Shown piece after piece: positions 17,499 to 27,975 of a stretch of 38,050 bases of DNA (its first letter is position 1; each line of letters starts with the position of its first letter). The DNA is from Flavobacteriales bacterium (GTDB taxonomy: Bacteria > Bacteroidota > Bacteroidia > Flavobacteriales > TMED113). Both the position numbers and the translations under genes were made by a program. The notes beneath the pieces were generated by a model. That model was not told the DNA's origin. It did not search any database and saw nothing but the letters and a program-made list of their open reading frames with translations. The DNA is taken from contig NZWM01000024.1 in the NCBI GenBank assembly GCA_002698365.1, forward strand, positions 1 to 38,050, in the 5' to 3' direction.

Positions 17499-18481
17499 TT
17501 AAGCGTACAATAATCACCAATATTTACACAACTAAAATTATTATCATATGTCACATTATTGCCTATTATAGACGAATGAAAATCACCGCCAGTTATTGCA
17601 GAGTTTTTTTGAATAATACTATTTCTAATTTTAGAGGATTTAATAATTGTTCCTGCTCCGATACTAACATTCGGTCCTAAGATAGAATTTTCTATTTCTG
17701 CTGTGGGTGCAATATAACAAGGCTCATGAATAGTTGTATTAGGAAACCGTCTTTTTTGCAAATCCTCCTGTTTTAATATTTCTGCATGTGACGCCAACAA
17801 ATTATTTGGATTTCCAAAATCTAGCCAGCTTTTAATCCTATTGATTGAAAATTGAAAATTTCTATTTTTTAGATTTTCTAATGCTGTAGTAATTTGATAT
17901 TCGCCATTTAAAATAATATTATTATCTAATAGGTTTTCAATTTCTTTTTTTAAAGATGACCCATTCTTGAAATAATAAACTCCAACAATCGCCAAATTCG
18001 ATATCGGAGTTTGTGGCTTTTCTATAAAATCTGTTATATAGCCCGAATTATTTAATTTAACGACACCAAATGCACTGGGATCATCAACCTCTTTAACAAG
18101 AATACATGCATCTGATTCAGCATCAAAATCTAGATCTGTATCAAATATGGTGTCTGAAAAAGCAATTAAGGTTGGTCCATTAAGCATATTTTTAGCACAA
18201 TATATTGCATGTGCTGTTCCTCTAGCTTCTCCCTGAAAAAAAACTTCATAATCTATGTTTTTGGCGCTTAATATGGACTTAAACATGTTTTCAATATTTG
18301 GGTCTGGTCTTTCAATAATAAAGCCTATTTTTTGAATACTCGTATTTGATTTTTGAACAACCAGGTCAATTATTCGTTCAATAATTGATTTTCCTGCTAT
18401 CTCTATTAATGGCTTAGGTGTTGAAAGTGTGTGTGGCCGAAGCCTTGTGCCCTTACCTGCCATAGGAATAATTATATTCAT
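17495..18481 (-). CDS. Sugar-phosphate nucleotidyltransferase (RmlA/GCD1-like with left-handed beta-helix tail)
   Basis: IIIPMAGKGTRLRPHTLSTPKPL, GTAHA, FGVV, EKP and EYQIT motifs. ATG 18481 is preferred over the track start at 18508. Confidence 0.88.
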   Translation of the reverse strand: MNIIIPMAGKGTRLRPHTLSTPKPLIEIAGKSIIERIIDLVVQKSNTSIQKIGFIIERPDPNIENMFKSILSAKNIDYEVFFQGEARGTAHAIYCAKNMLNGPTLIAFSDTIFDTDLDFDAESDACILVKEVDDPSAFGVVKLNNSGYITDFIEKPQTPISNLAIVGVYYFKNGSSLKKEIENLLDNNIILNGEYQITTALENLKNRNFQFSINRIKSWLDFGNPNNLLASHAEILKQEDLQKRRFPNTTIHEPCYIAPTAEIENSILGPNVSIGAGTIIKSSKIRNSIIQKNSAITGGDFHSSIIGNNVTYDNNFSCVNIGDYCTLK

Positions 18482-18485
18482 ATTA

Positions 18486-18920
18486 TTATTTTTTACCCGT
18501 ACTACCAAACCCCCCTGTTCCCCTCTGCGTTTTTGTTAGATTATCAATATTGTGCCAAGTAATCTTTTCCACTTTAGCCAAAACTAACTGAGCAACCCTA
18601 TCACCATTTTGAATTACAAATGGATCCCGAGAATGATTTACCAATATAACTAAAATTTCACCTCTATAATCTGAATCAATGGTTCCGGGAGAATTTAACA
18701 CTGTTATTCCATGTTTTAAAGCCAGCCCGCTTCTGGGTCTAACTTGAATTTCAAACCCCATTGGGATTTCTAAAAAAACCCCTGTTGGAACAGCGGTCCT
18801 ACCTCCCGGTTTTAACACAATATCTTTCTCAATATTTGCGCAAATATCTACCCCAGAAGAGCCCGGCGTTTTGTGTGTTGGTTGTTGGTGTTTTGAATTA
18901 TTAATAATGCCTATTCTCAT
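18486..18920 (-). CDS. dut: dUTP diphosphatase
   Basis: RPRSGLA, GTIDSDYRGE, GDRVAQ and RGTGGFGSTG motifs. Confidence 0.97.
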   Translation of the reverse strand: MRIGIINNSKHQQPTHKTPGSSGVDICANIEKDIVLKPGGRTAVPTGVFLEIPMGFEIQVRPRSGLALKHGITVLNSPGTIDSDYRGEILVILVNHSRDPFVIQNGDRVAQLVLAKVEKITWHNIDNLTKTQRGTGGFGSTGKK

Positions 18921-18930
18921 AATAAATATA

Positions 18931-20442
18931 TTACTTTAGTTTTAGTGGTTTAAATAGTTTCTTGATCTGCGAATACACAAATATAAGGTACAGTATAAAT
19001 AAAACCGTATTATCAATTTGAATATTGCTATACATCTTGACATCTATAAATGTACTAAATAAAACGATTCCTAAAGCAAGACAAAAATATATTAAAATTG
19101 ATTTAATTTTGTATGGTATTTGGAAGTTCATCTGACCAAGATAAAATGAAATCATCATCATTGAGCCATAGCAAACTAAAGTTGTCCAGGCTGCAGCCAT
19201 ATATCCATATGTAGGGATAAAGGCAATATTTAAAACCAGTGTTAACAGAGCTCCAATAGTTGATATTATGGCTGCGTATCGTGTTTTATTTGTGACCTTA
19301 TACCAAACAGATAGATTATAGTAGACCCCTAAGCATATATTTGCCATCAATACTATAGGTATAATCGAGAGCCCCGTATGGTATTCCTCTGCCGGAATAA
19401 TAAATTTAATCACATCAATATATAAAACAATGAACAAGAAAATAGAAAGGGCAATTAAAACAAAAATTTGCATCATTAAAGAATAAATAATTTTTGCATT
19501 TGGTTTCTGAAACTGATTAAAAAAAAATGGTTCCGCAGCAAATCTATATGCTTGCACAAATAAAGTCATAAAAATCGTTAGTTTATAACATGCCGAATAA
19601 ATACCTAATTGATTCATTGCTATTGCAGCACCATATCTTGGTTGTAATAAGTATTTTAATAATAATTTATCTATCGTTTCATTAATGATAAATGCTAAGC
19701 CCGCTATGAATATTGGCCAAGAGTAGCGAATCATCTTCTTAAAGATTAGAAAATCTGGCTTAGATATGTTCGACTTTATGTCTGGTAATAGTACTAATAG
19801 AGTAACCGTGCTGGCAATCAAATTTGAAATAAAGACATATCCCACTGAGATAGATGGGTCATAAATATGATTAATAAACTCCAAGATTAAAGCATTCTCA
19901 TGTAAATACGGACAAAGTAGAAGAAAAAATAAATTGAAAAATATGTTTACAACAATATTAAGTGTTTTAATAGAAGCAAATTTTATCGCCTTATTTTGTT
20001 GCCTCAATAATGCAAATGGAATAGTCGAAATAAGATCGAGACTGATGATAAAAAGAAAGTACAAAATAAACTCAGGATGATTCCCGTGTCCAATAGCATC
20101 TGCAATGTTTTTATATAAACAAAGACCAAAAAAAACCAACACTAAAGCATTGGTTAATAAAAATGTGAACGACGAAGAAAACACTTTAGATAAAGAATTA
20201 CTAGAGTGTTCGTCAACAATACTTTTATCCTTAGCAAATCTAAAAAAACCTGTTTCCATCCCAAATGACCCAATTACCATAAATAAAGCAGCATATGCAT
20301 ACATTTCTGCAACAATCGCGTATTCGGACGGCATAAATAAAATAGTATATAGTGGAACTAGAAAAAAATTAAGAATCCGCGCAACTACACTACTAAAACC
20401 ATATATTATGGTTTGATTAAAAAGTTGCTTTATTGCGCTCAT
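18931..20442 (-). CDS. Wzx/MOP-family oligosaccharide flippase
   Basis: About 12-14 hydrophobic segments; QTIIYG, GMETGFFRF and QAYRFAAEPFFF motifs; upstream of dut. Confidence 0.85.
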   Translation of the reverse strand: MSAIKQLFNQTIIYGFSSVVARILNFFLVPLYTILFMPSEYAIVAEMYAYAALFMVIGSFGMETGFFRFAKDKSIVDEHSSNSLSKVFSSSFTFLLTNALVLVFFGLCLYKNIADAIGHGNHPEFILYFLFIISLDLISTIPFALLRQQNKAIKFASIKTLNIVVNIFFNLFFLLLCPYLHENALILEFINHIYDPSISVGYVFISNLIASTVTLLVLLPDIKSNISKPDFLIFKKMIRYSWPIFIAGLAFIINETIDKLLLKYLLQPRYGAAIAMNQLGIYSACYKLTIFMTLFVQAYRFAAEPFFFNQFQKPNAKIIYSLMMQIFVLIALSIFLFIVLYIDVIKFIIPAEEYHTGLSIIPIVLMANICLGVYYNLSVWYKVTNKTRYAAIISTIGALLTLVLNIAFIPTYGYMAAAWTTLVCYGSMMMISFYLGQMNFQIPYKIKSILIYFCLALGIVLFSTFIDVKMYSNIQIDNTVLFILYLIFVYSQIKKLFKPLKLK

Positions 20443-21213
20443 TTAATTAAAATTTGGTTTTCTTTTTTGCATAAATGCATTAACACCCTCTTTGAAATTA
20501 TCGGTTTCAAATAGTGCACCAAACTCGGTACTTTCAATGTCATTACCATTATGTAAATAACAACTATTAATAGATTTTATTGCCGAACTGAGTGATTCTG
20601 GTGAAGCGCCATGAAATAGTTTACAAATTTTTAAACATTTATCTAATAGATCCTTTTGTGCAACCACATGATTCACGAGTCCAATTCTATAAGCCTCTTC
20701 GGCATTAATAATCTTTGAGGTTAATATCATTTCCATCGCAAGATTAACGCCAATAACTTGGGGCAATTTCTGTGTTCCACTATACCCAGGTATTAACCCT
20801 AAAGAACACTCTGGCAAGCCTAATTTAGCAGAAGAACTTGAAACTCTAATGTGTGTAGATAGTGCCAATTCGAGTCCACCGCCCAAAGCATATCCATTAA
20901 TTGCAGATAAAACAGGCTTGGGAAAATGAGATATTTTATTAAACAATTTTATTTTTCCACTTTTACTCAGTTCAATAGCGCGTTCTTTTGTGAAATTTTG
21001 AAACTCCTTAATATCTGCTCCAGCTACAAACGCTTTATCACCGACACCAGTTATAATTACTGATCGTATTGTTGAGTTTTTTTCAATAATATTAAGCTTA
21101 TTTGACAATTCTGTTATTACTTCATTATTCAAAGCGTTTAATTGTTTTGGCCTATTAATTTCAATAATGGCTGTTTTATGTTCTGGATTTTCTTTATAAT
21201 TAATCATTCTCAT
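20443..21213 (-). CDS. Enoyl-CoA hydratase/isomerase
   Basis: AFVAGADI, GYALGGGLELA, GLPECSLGLIPG and EGVNAFMQKRKP motifs. Confidence 0.93.
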   Translation of the reverse strand: MRMINYKENPEHKTAIIEINRPKQLNALNNEVITELSNKLNIIEKNSTIRSVIITGVGDKAFVAGADIKEFQNFTKERAIELSKSGKIKLFNKISHFPKPVLSAINGYALGGGLELALSTHIRVSSSSAKLGLPECSLGLIPGYSGTQKLPQVIGVNLAMEMILTSKIINAEEAYRIGLVNHVVAQKDLLDKCLKICKLFHGASPESLSSAIKSINSCYLHNGNDIESTEFGALFETDNFKEGVNAFMQKRKPNFN

Positions 21214-22712
21214 TATATTTTTTGGTTTTTTTCTAGTGGAATGGAAACCTCAAAAACTGTTCCTGCAGGATCGGTTAAATATGTAATACTACCACCAAAA
21301 TCATCTATTATTCTTTTAACCATGGCGAGGCCTAATCCCGCACCACTATTTTTTGTTGTAAAATTAGGTTCAAAAATCTTGTCTCTTATGTTTTTTGGTA
21401 TCCCCGATCCATTGTCCTTGACAAGTATAACACAGTGGTTTTTTGTTGTTTCTATCTCAACAACAACTTTTATTGGAATGTCTTTTCTTTCTGCTTGTAA
21501 AGAGTTTTGAATCAGATTATTTAAAACTCGTGTTAAATGGGTTTTGTCAACATAAACTTTAATGGGGTTGCCTGAGTTTATTTCTGAAACCAGTTGTACA
21601 TTGTTATTTTTAAAAATATGTATAACATCCTTAACTGCTTCCATTATAGAAATAGATTCAAGGTTTTGTTTATTCAAGCTAGCAAAATCAGAAAAAGCAT
21701 TTGCAATCCTGTTTAGTGTGTCTATTTGTTGAATCATTGTTTTGGAAAATTCTTTTAACTTCTCTTCCCATTCGTCGGAATACAGCCCTGCACCCTTTCC
21801 GTCATCAAAAGATTTTTGTAAATACTGAACACTTAGCCTCATGGGGGTTAAAGGGTTTTTAACCTCATGAGCAATTTGTTTAGCCATTTTTTTCCAAGCG
21901 CCTTCTTTTTCACTTTTTATTAATTGTTGGGTTCTTAGCTCTAGCTCCTCTATTAGTTTGTTGTAACTAGATATAAGCTGTCCTATTTCATCTTGGACGG
22001 GCCATATCAGGGGTTTTGTGGAGTATATGTTTGTAGAAGAGAGGTGTTTAGATATTGACCTTAAAGGCGCCGTTACTTGCTTTAATAATATAAAAGCAAA
22101 GAGGCTGGCAAACAACAACAAAAACACATATATCTTAATAAATTTTTTAATTTGTGTATTTGTTTTGCTTAAAATTTCATCTTTTGTGCTTTTGTCATAA
22201 ATAACATCTAAAACACAAAATGGCGTGGTTGTAATTATTGGATTACTTGAACTAAGAGTCGTCATATTTTTTGGTACATATAAAATACGGTATGTTCCAA
22301 AATAACCCGGCTTTTCATATTTTATTTTTTTTTCTTGTGACTCAAAACATTGTTCAATAATAGAACGTGTTATTGGAGTGGTAATATTTGTGTCCAAAAA
22401 TAAAGAGTCATCCGAAGAAATAATAAAATTACCTTCTAGATCATAAATATTAAGTTTTAACTTATGTATATATCCCACTTCTTTTAAAAGTTGACCAAAT
22501 GCTTCAGGTAAGTCTTTATTATAATCAACAAGTGACTCTATTGATTTTGCAACAGCACGATCTTTTCTTGCCAATCTGTCAGCATTATACGCTGTAGTGT
22601 CTTGTTTAATTTGTTGAATATTAATAAAGGCGACAATTACTAATGACAAACTTATCAACCCAATCATCGATAGAAATATTTTCTGACTTAATGTTGCTTT
22701 TTTGAAATCCAT
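21213..22712 (-). CDS. Membrane sensor histidine kinase (HAMP-HisKA-HATPase, NtrY-like H-box)
   Basis: Two TMs; AKQIAHEVKNPLTP; N-box NLIQNS; DNGSGI; FEPNFTTK; GAGLGL. Confidence 0.93.
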   Translation of the reverse strand: MDFKKATLSQKIFLSMIGLISLSLVIVAFINIQQIKQDTTAYNADRLARKDRAVAKSIESLVDYNKDLPEAFGQLLKEVGYIHKLKLNIYDLEGNFIISSDDSLFLDTNITTPITRSIIEQCFESQEKKIKYEKPGYFGTYRILYVPKNMTTLSSSNPIITTTPFCVLDVIYDKSTKDEILSKTNTQIKKFIKIYVFLLLFASLFAFILLKQVTAPLRSISKHLSSTNIYSTKPLIWPVQDEIGQLISSYNKLIEELELRTQQLIKSEKEGAWKKMAKQIAHEVKNPLTPMRLSVQYLQKSFDDGKGAGLYSDEWEEKLKEFSKTMIQQIDTLNRIANAFSDFASLNKQNLESISIMEAVKDVIHIFKNNNVQLVSEINSGNPIKVYVDKTHLTRVLNNLIQNSLQAERKDIPIKVVVEIETTKNHCVILVKDNGSGIPKNIRDKIFEPNFTTKNSGAGLGLAMVKRIIDDFGGSITYLTDPAGTVFEVSIPLEKNQKI

Positions 22713-22720
22713 TAGTACAC

Positions 22721-22728
22721 CAAATATA
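22721..22728 (-). promoter_or_regulatory. -7 box (TATATTTG) for the kinase operon
   Basis: Exact TAnnTTTG match 8 nt upstream of the kinase ATG. Confidence 0.6.
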
Positions 22729-22792
22729 TAAAATTGAATTGGGATATGGTAAGTGCTTAAAATCGAAATACTTATTGCTTTCGCTTGTGGAT

Positions 22793-23650
22793 TTAACTAT
22801 TCAGTGCTTCAGCTCCAGCTACTATTTCTAGTATTTCATTTGTTATGGCCGCCTGTCTTTGTCTATTGTACGCAAGTGTTAAGTTTTGTTTTAAATCATT
22901 GGCATTGTCCGTGGCTTTATGCATTGCTGTCATTCTTGCTCCGTGCTCTGCTGCAATTGAATTTAAAATAGCCTCAAATAACTGGGTGTGTATTTGATTC
23001 GGTATTAATCTATTTATAATGCTTGTTTTATCAGGTTCAAAAATATAGTCTTGCGCTGTTTTATCAGGAACATCATCTATATTATTAATTGTAATTGGTA
23101 AAATAGGTGTCGACTCTACAATTTGTGTGGCAGCATTTTTGAACTTATTATAAACAAGAATAACCTTTGACCATTTTCCAATCAAAAATTCATCAATAAT
23201 TTCTTGTGATATTTTTTGGCTAAGTAAACGAGACGGGTTATCTAAAATATCATTTTCTTTTTTAATAACACGGTATTGATTTCTTGAAAATAAATCAGCT
23301 GATTTTTTTCCAATTGACCACACCTCTATGTCTTGATTTTTTAATTCTTTTGACTTTTTTAAAATATTCGCGTTAAACCCTCCACACAAACCTCTGTTAG
23401 AAGTAATAGCAACAATTAAAATTTTCTGTTTTTCTGTAAACTGTTTTGTTAATTTAATCTCTGAATGATTTACATTGGGAAGAAGATTCTGAATTGTTGT
23501 CTTAAGCGCTTCAGCATATGGCTGTATATTAGACATCCTATCTTGTGCCTTTTTTAGCTTAGCTGCAGAGACCATTTTCATGGCACTAGTAATTTTCATC
23601 GTCGATGAAATAGAGGTGATTCTGGATCTTATTTCTTTTAAGTTTGACAT
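22793..23650 (-). CDS. atpG: ATP synthase F1 gamma
   Basis: KITSAMKMVSAAK, TSNRGLCGGFN, EHGARMTAM and RQAAITNEILEIV motifs. Confidence 0.98.
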   Translation of the reverse strand: MSNLKEIRSRITSISSTMKITSAMKMVSAAKLKKAQDRMSNIQPYAEALKTTIQNLLPNVNHSEIKLTKQFTEKQKILIVAITSNRGLCGGFNANILKKSKELKNQDIEVWSIGKKSADLFSRNQYRVIKKENDILDNPSRLLSQKISQEIIDEFLIGKWSKVILVYNKFKNAATQIVESTPILPITINNIDDVPDKTAQDYIFEPDKTSIINRLIPNQIHTQLFEAILNSIAAEHGARMTAMHKATDNANDLKQNLTLAYNRQRQAAITNEILEIVAGAEALNS

Positions 23651-23657
23651 TTAATTT

Positions 23658-25241
23658 TTAATTGAATTTTTTTAAAACCTGCAACACTGCTGTTTTTATA
23701 TTTTCTGTAGCTTCATCACTTAGTTTTCCGCCCTTTAATTCAACTAAAGTGTTGCTAAAATCTTTATGCATAAGTTTAATTAATTCTGCTTCACATTCTT
23801 TTATTTTATTAACCGGAACATCGTTTAGTAGTCCGTTTACACCGCAATAAATTATTGCAACCTGCTCCTCCACTTTCATTGGTTTATTCAGTCCTTGTTT
23901 CAAAATTTCAACATTTCGTTTACCTTTTTCTAAAACAGCTGTTGTTGCGGCATCTAAGTCTGATCCGAATTTTGCGAATGCCTCTAATTCTCGATACTGC
24001 GCTTGATCCAATTTTAATGTTCCTGAAACCTTTTTCATCGACTTTACTTGTGCACTTCCACCAACACGAGAAACAGAAATTCCAACATTAATTGCTGGAC
24101 GAACACCTGAATTAAATAAATCTGATTCCAAAAATATTTGACCATCAGTAATAGATATAACATTCGTGGGTATATATGCCGAAACATCGCCAGCTTGAGT
24201 TTCTATTATTGGAAGAGCTGTTAAAGACCCGCCGCCCTTAACAATTGGTTTTAAAGATTCTGGTAAATCATTCATTGAAGAAGCGATTTCATTAGAAGAG
24301 TTTATTTTAGCTGCTCTCTCTAAGAGTCTCGAGTGTAAGTAAAAAACATCTCCCGGGTAAGCCTCTCTTCCGGGTGGTCTTCTTAATAACAATGATACCT
24401 CCCTATACGAAACAGCTTGTTTTGAAAGATCATCATATACAATTAATGCGTGACGCCCAGTATCTCTAAAAAACTCCCCTATAGCTGCACCTGTAAATGG
24501 TGAATAAAACTGCATTGGGGCTGGGTCCGCTGCAGATGCGGCAACAATTACCGTATAAGGTAGCGCACCATTATCACTTAACATTTTAGTTATATTGGCA
24601 ATTGTTGATCCCTTTTGAGAGGTTGCTACATAAATACAATAAACAGGATCTCCTTGCTCAAAAAATTCTTTTTGATTAATAATTGTATCTAGGGCAACTG
24701 ATGTTTTTCCCGTTTGCCTGTCTCCAATAATAAGCTCTCTTTGTCCTCTACCTATAGGAATCATGGCATCAATAGCCTTAATGCCTGTTTGAAGAGGTTC
24801 GGTTACTGGCTGCCGGTAAATAACTCCTGGCGCCTTGCGTTCTAATGGCATTTCATATGTTTCACCAGTAATTGGGCCTTTTCCGTCTATTGGTTGACCC
24901 AGGGCGTTCACAACACGCCCAAGCATGCCTTCTCCTACGTTTACTGATGCTATTGTGTTTGTTCGTTTAACTGAGTCCCCTTCTTTAATTTTTGTGGAGG
25001 AGCCTAATAATACTGCACCCACATTGTCTTCTTCTAGGTTCAAAACAATCGCTTGCTGATTTTTGTCATCATTAAACTCTATTAACTCCCCCGATTGAAC
25101 ATTAGACAGCCCATAAATTCTTGCAATTCCGTCACCAACTGCCAAAACTGTGCCCGTCTCTTCTAGGCTTGCTGTTGATTCTAAATTTTTTAATTCTGAT
25201 TTTAAAATCTGTGATACTTCTGATGATTTAATTTCTGTCAT
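23658..25241 (-). CDS. atpA: ATP synthase F1 alpha
   Basis: [29 protein letters not shown]; Bacteroidota-type MNDLPESLK insert. Confidence 0.99.
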   Translation of the reverse strand: MTEIKSSEVSQILKSELKNLESTASLEETGTVLAVGDGIARIYGLSNVQSGELIEFNDDKNQQAIVLNLEEDNVGAVLLGSSTKIKEGDSVKRTNTIASVNVGEGMLGRVVNALGQPIDGKGPITGETYEMPLERKAPGVIYRQPVTEPLQTGIKAIDAMIPIGRGQRELIIGDRQTGKTSVALDTIINQKEFFEQGDPVYCIYVATSQKGSTIANITKMLSDNGALPYTVIVAASAADPAPMQFYSPFTGAAIGEFFRDTGRHALIVYDDLSKQAVSYREVSLLLRRPPGREAYPGDVFYLHSRLLERAAKINSSNEIASSMNDLPESLKPIVKGGGSLTALPIIETQAGDVSAYIPTNVISITDGQIFLESDLFNSGVRPAINVGISVSRVGGSAQVKSMKKVSGTLKLDQAQYRELEAFAKFGSDLDAATTAVLEKGKRNVEILKQGLNKPMKVEEQVAIIYCGVNGLLNDVPVNKIKECEAELIKLMHKDFSNTLVELKGGKLSDEATENIKTAVLQVLKKFN

Positions 25242-25253
25242 TTTATTTAATAT

Positions 25254-25784
25254 TTATAGTTTAAATGCTCGTTTAGCATTATTTATTTTTTTTCTAACAC
25301 TTGCGTCATATTGCAGGTCTCCTGTTTTTATAATAAACCCCCCAAGCAAATTTTTATCTATTTTTTCTTCTATATAAACACTGCCGGCATTATTTATTTT
25401 TTCTTTTATTTTAGTTTTTAAATCTTCTCCCATCGGTTCTGCTGAAATAATATGTGCTATAACAATATTGTTATGTTTATTATATAGTTCACCGAATTTA
25501 TTAATTATATCTAATAAATAGATTTCCCGATTTTTACTAATCACCATCGATAGAAAATTGATCGTGGTTCTATTAGTCTTGTTACTAAGAATCTTTTCAA
25601 ATATGGTTTTCTTCGTGGTTTTATTAATCGTGGGATTTTTAATTAAGTCGGCCAATTCGGACTCATGCTGAATCATGTCAGAAACAAGTTTTAAATCAAC
25701 CATAACCTCATCAATTATGTTGTTTTCTATAGCTATTTCAAAAAGAGCTTGTGCATATCTATTTGAGGCTTTTGTTGTTTGCAT
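25254..25784 (-). CDS. atpH: ATP synthase F1 delta
   Basis: RYAQALF and LLGGFII..GD.QYDASV motifs; operon position. Confidence 0.95.
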   Translation of the reverse strand: MQTTKASNRYAQALFEIAIENNIIDEVMVDLKLVSDMIQHESELADLIKNPTINKTTKKTIFEKILSNKTNRTTINFLSMVISKNREIYLLDIINKFGELYNKHNNIVIAHIISAEPMGEDLKTKIKEKINNAGSVYIEEKIDKNLLGGFIIKTGDLQYDASVRKKINNAKRAFKL

Positions 25785-25786
25785 AA

Positions 25787-26281
25787 TTATTGTATCTCTA
25801 AATCTTCAACACTTTCCATGATTAAAGAATTATGTTGATTTGGGTTTTCAAGTTCTTTTTTAAGAATTTTTTCAGCAATCTCTATAGACAGCTCTGCAAC
25901 GCTGTTTTTCAATTCACCTATTGCAGCTCTTTTTTGTTGAGCAATCTCATCTTTTGCAGACTTTAATTGGGCATCTATTTGAGTATTAATCTTGTTTTGT
26001 TGTTCTTTTTTATATTCTGATAATTCTATTTGTGCTTCCCTTATAAGCTTTTCTTTTTCTTTTTTACCCTCTTCTAAAATCTGTACCACTTTTGATGTCG
26101 CTTCCGAAATTTGCTTTTGGGCCTCTTCAGCTTGATCAAGAGCGGCCTGAATACCCTCCTCTCTTGCATTTAAAGCTGTCAATATTGGCCCCCAAGCAAA
26201 CCTTTTCATAAGTACAAGTAAAATGATAAAGCATGTTGTCATCCAAAACAACAAACCTATATCTGGTGTGACTAAGTCCAT
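25787..26281 (-). CDS. atpF: ATP synthase F0 b
   Basis: PDIGLLFW TM, FAWGPIL..L..RE, coiled coil. Confidence 0.96.
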   Translation of the reverse strand: MDLVTPDIGLLFWMTTCFIILLVLMKRFAWGPILTALNAREEGIQAALDQAEEAQKQISEATSKVVQILEEGKKEKEKLIREAQIELSEYKKEQQNKINTQIDAQLKSAKDEIAQQKRAAIGELKNSVAELSIEIAEKILKKELENPNQHNSLIMESVEDLEIQ

Positions 26282-26315
26282 ATAAAAATATTTTATGTTT
26301 AATAGTTTATTTCAC

Positions 26316-26567
26316 TTATACCGTGAAAATTACAAGCAAACCAATAACCATTGCAAAAAAAGCTGCACCCTCAATTAAGGCTGCCATAAGAATCATATTT
26401 GCTCTTAAGTCGTTGATTGCTTCTGGTTGTCGAGCCATTGCCTGCATTGCACCATTTCCAATGTGTCCAATACCAACACCCGCTCCTAAAGCTGCCACGC
26501 CAGCTGCTAATGCCGCAATACCGTATCCTGTAACGTCTGCTGCTAATAAAACTGATAATAATTCCAT
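26316..26567 (-). CDS. atpE: ATP synthase F0 c
   Basis: GAGVGIG, ARQPE loop and ALIEG carboxylate. Confidence 0.97.
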   Translation of the reverse strand: MELLSVLLAADVTGYGIAALAAGVAALGAGVGIGHIGNGAMQAMARQPEAINDLRANMILMAALIEGAAFFAMVIGLLVIFTV

Positions 26568-26606
26568 TTTATAAAAATTTTGAGTTAATATTCATTTTAA
26601 ATAATT

Positions 26607-27677
26607 TTAATGTTCTTCTACCGCCATGCCAAAATACATTGCTGCTAATAACGTAAATACATAGGCTTGTAAAAAAGCCACTAATAGCTCTAAGGTCATC
26701 ATAAACAGTACAAAAAGTCCTGAAAAAACAGAAACTCCATACCCAGCCACAGGGCTCATCTCTCCAAAGATAAATATCATACTAAAAAAAGACAAGATAA
26801 TTATGTGTCCAGCTGTAATGTTAGCAAACAACCTTATCATTAATACCAGGGGTTTTAAAAAAACTCCAAATATTTCTATTGGTGTTAATATTAACAATAC
26901 TGGTTTTGGTACACCAGGCATTGCAAAAATATGTTGCCAATAATATTTTTTACCACTTAATGTTGTTATTATAAAAACCATTGCTGCTAAAACTAATGGA
27001 ACAGCAATATTCCCTGTCAAATTAGCACCACCAGGGAAAAATGGTATTAGTCCCAATAGATTATTGAGAAATATAAAAAAGAAGACGGTTAACAAGAAAG
27101 GGAGGTATTTTTTATAATCCTTGTTGCCTATGGCCGATTTAGCAATATCATCTCTAACAAAAATCACTATAGGCTCAAGTAAAGATTGGATGCCAGTAGG
27201 AGCTTTGTTTTGGTTTTTTTTATATCTATTGCTAATTGTTATAAAGACCGACAACAAAATCAAGATGCTTAGTATTAATGAAAACACATTTTTCGTAATT
27301 GAAATGTCCCATATTTTTTCGGTTTCTTCGATATTTTTGGTTCCATCTTCATTCACAAACTCAATACTAGTTGTGTTTCCATAAACCAAGTTATATCCCT
27401 GATGGGTGGCGTGTCCGTGGTCAAACTTAGAAGAAGAAAAAACCTTTAACCCTTTTCCCTCATGAAATAAAATGATTGGGAGGGGAACAGAAACAGCATG
27501 CCCCTTCCAGTCTAAAACATGCCAATCATGCGAGTCTAAAATGTGATGCATAATCATATCCCCTGCTTGAAATTTTTCATTATCATCGCCAGGACCACCG
27601 ACTGATGCTCCCCAAACAGAAAAGGGACAAAAAGCTATAATTAAGAAAAAAAACCCGACAAATAATCTAAGCATCAT
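26607..27677 (-). CDS. atpB: ATP synthase F0 a
   Basis: HHILDSH, SITKNV, IRLFANITAGH and LQAYVFTLL motifs; Bacteroidota N-terminal extension. Confidence 0.97.
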   Translation of the reverse strand: MMLRLFVGFFFLIIAFCPFSVWGASVGGPGDDNEKFQAGDMIMHHILDSHDWHVLDWKGHAVSVPLPIILFHEGKGLKVFSSSKFDHGHATHQGYNLVYGNTTSIEFVNEDGTKNIEETEKIWDISITKNVFSLILSILILLSVFITISNRYKKNQNKAPTGIQSLLEPIVIFVRDDIAKSAIGNKDYKKYLPFLLTVFFFIFLNNLLGLIPFFPGGANLTGNIAVPLVLAAMVFIITTLSGKKYYWQHIFAMPGVPKPVLLILTPIEIFGVFLKPLVLMIRLFANITAGHIIILSFFSMIFIFGEMSPVAGYGVSVFSGLFVLFMMTLELLVAFLQAYVFTLLAAMYFGMAVEEH

Positions 27678-27712
27678 ACTGTGATGATTATATATGTTTT
27701 AAAAATCGAAAA

Positions 27713-27720
27713 CAAAAGTA
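27713..27720 (-). promoter_or_regulatory. -7 box (TACTTTTG) upstream of atpB
   Basis: Exact TAnnTTTG match 35 nt upstream of the atpB start. Confidence 0.6.
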
Positions 27721-27771
27721 ACTAATTTATGATTAATAATATCGAATTATTAAAAGGTTTTTTTGTGATTT

Positions 27772-27975
27772 TTATTTTTTTTTATTAACATCCTTGATTA
27801 GGCTATGTAAAGTATAAAAAATGGACAACAAAGAAATAATAATCGTTATGAAATATATCTCATTATCACACAGTTTATCTAGCTGATAACCAACAAAAAC
27901 AGATACAAAAACAGTGCCGGCAATTTGTGTTCCGGTTAAATAGTATTTAAATGGACTATTTCTTGAATCTTTCAT
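27772..27975 (-). CDS. AtpZ/AtpI-family small 2-TM protein
   Basis: GTQIAGTVFVSVFVGYQLD pattern (GxxLD) with two TMs, next to atpB. Confidence 0.75.
   Translation of the reverse strand: MKDSRNSPFKYYLTGTQIAGTVFVSVFVGYQLDKLCDNEIYFITIIISLLSIFYTLHSLIKDVNKKK

Noticed and set aside
22745-22792. Terminator or small RNA after atpG
   Set aside because: Only weak pairing (GCGAAAGC mini-hairpin, imperfect AAGT..ACTT) and no clear U-tract.
26316-26567. Possible Na+-translocating ATP synthase
   Set aside because: The c subunit has LIEGA, lacking the ES/T and upstream Gln sodium-binding signature, which is consistent with an H+ type.
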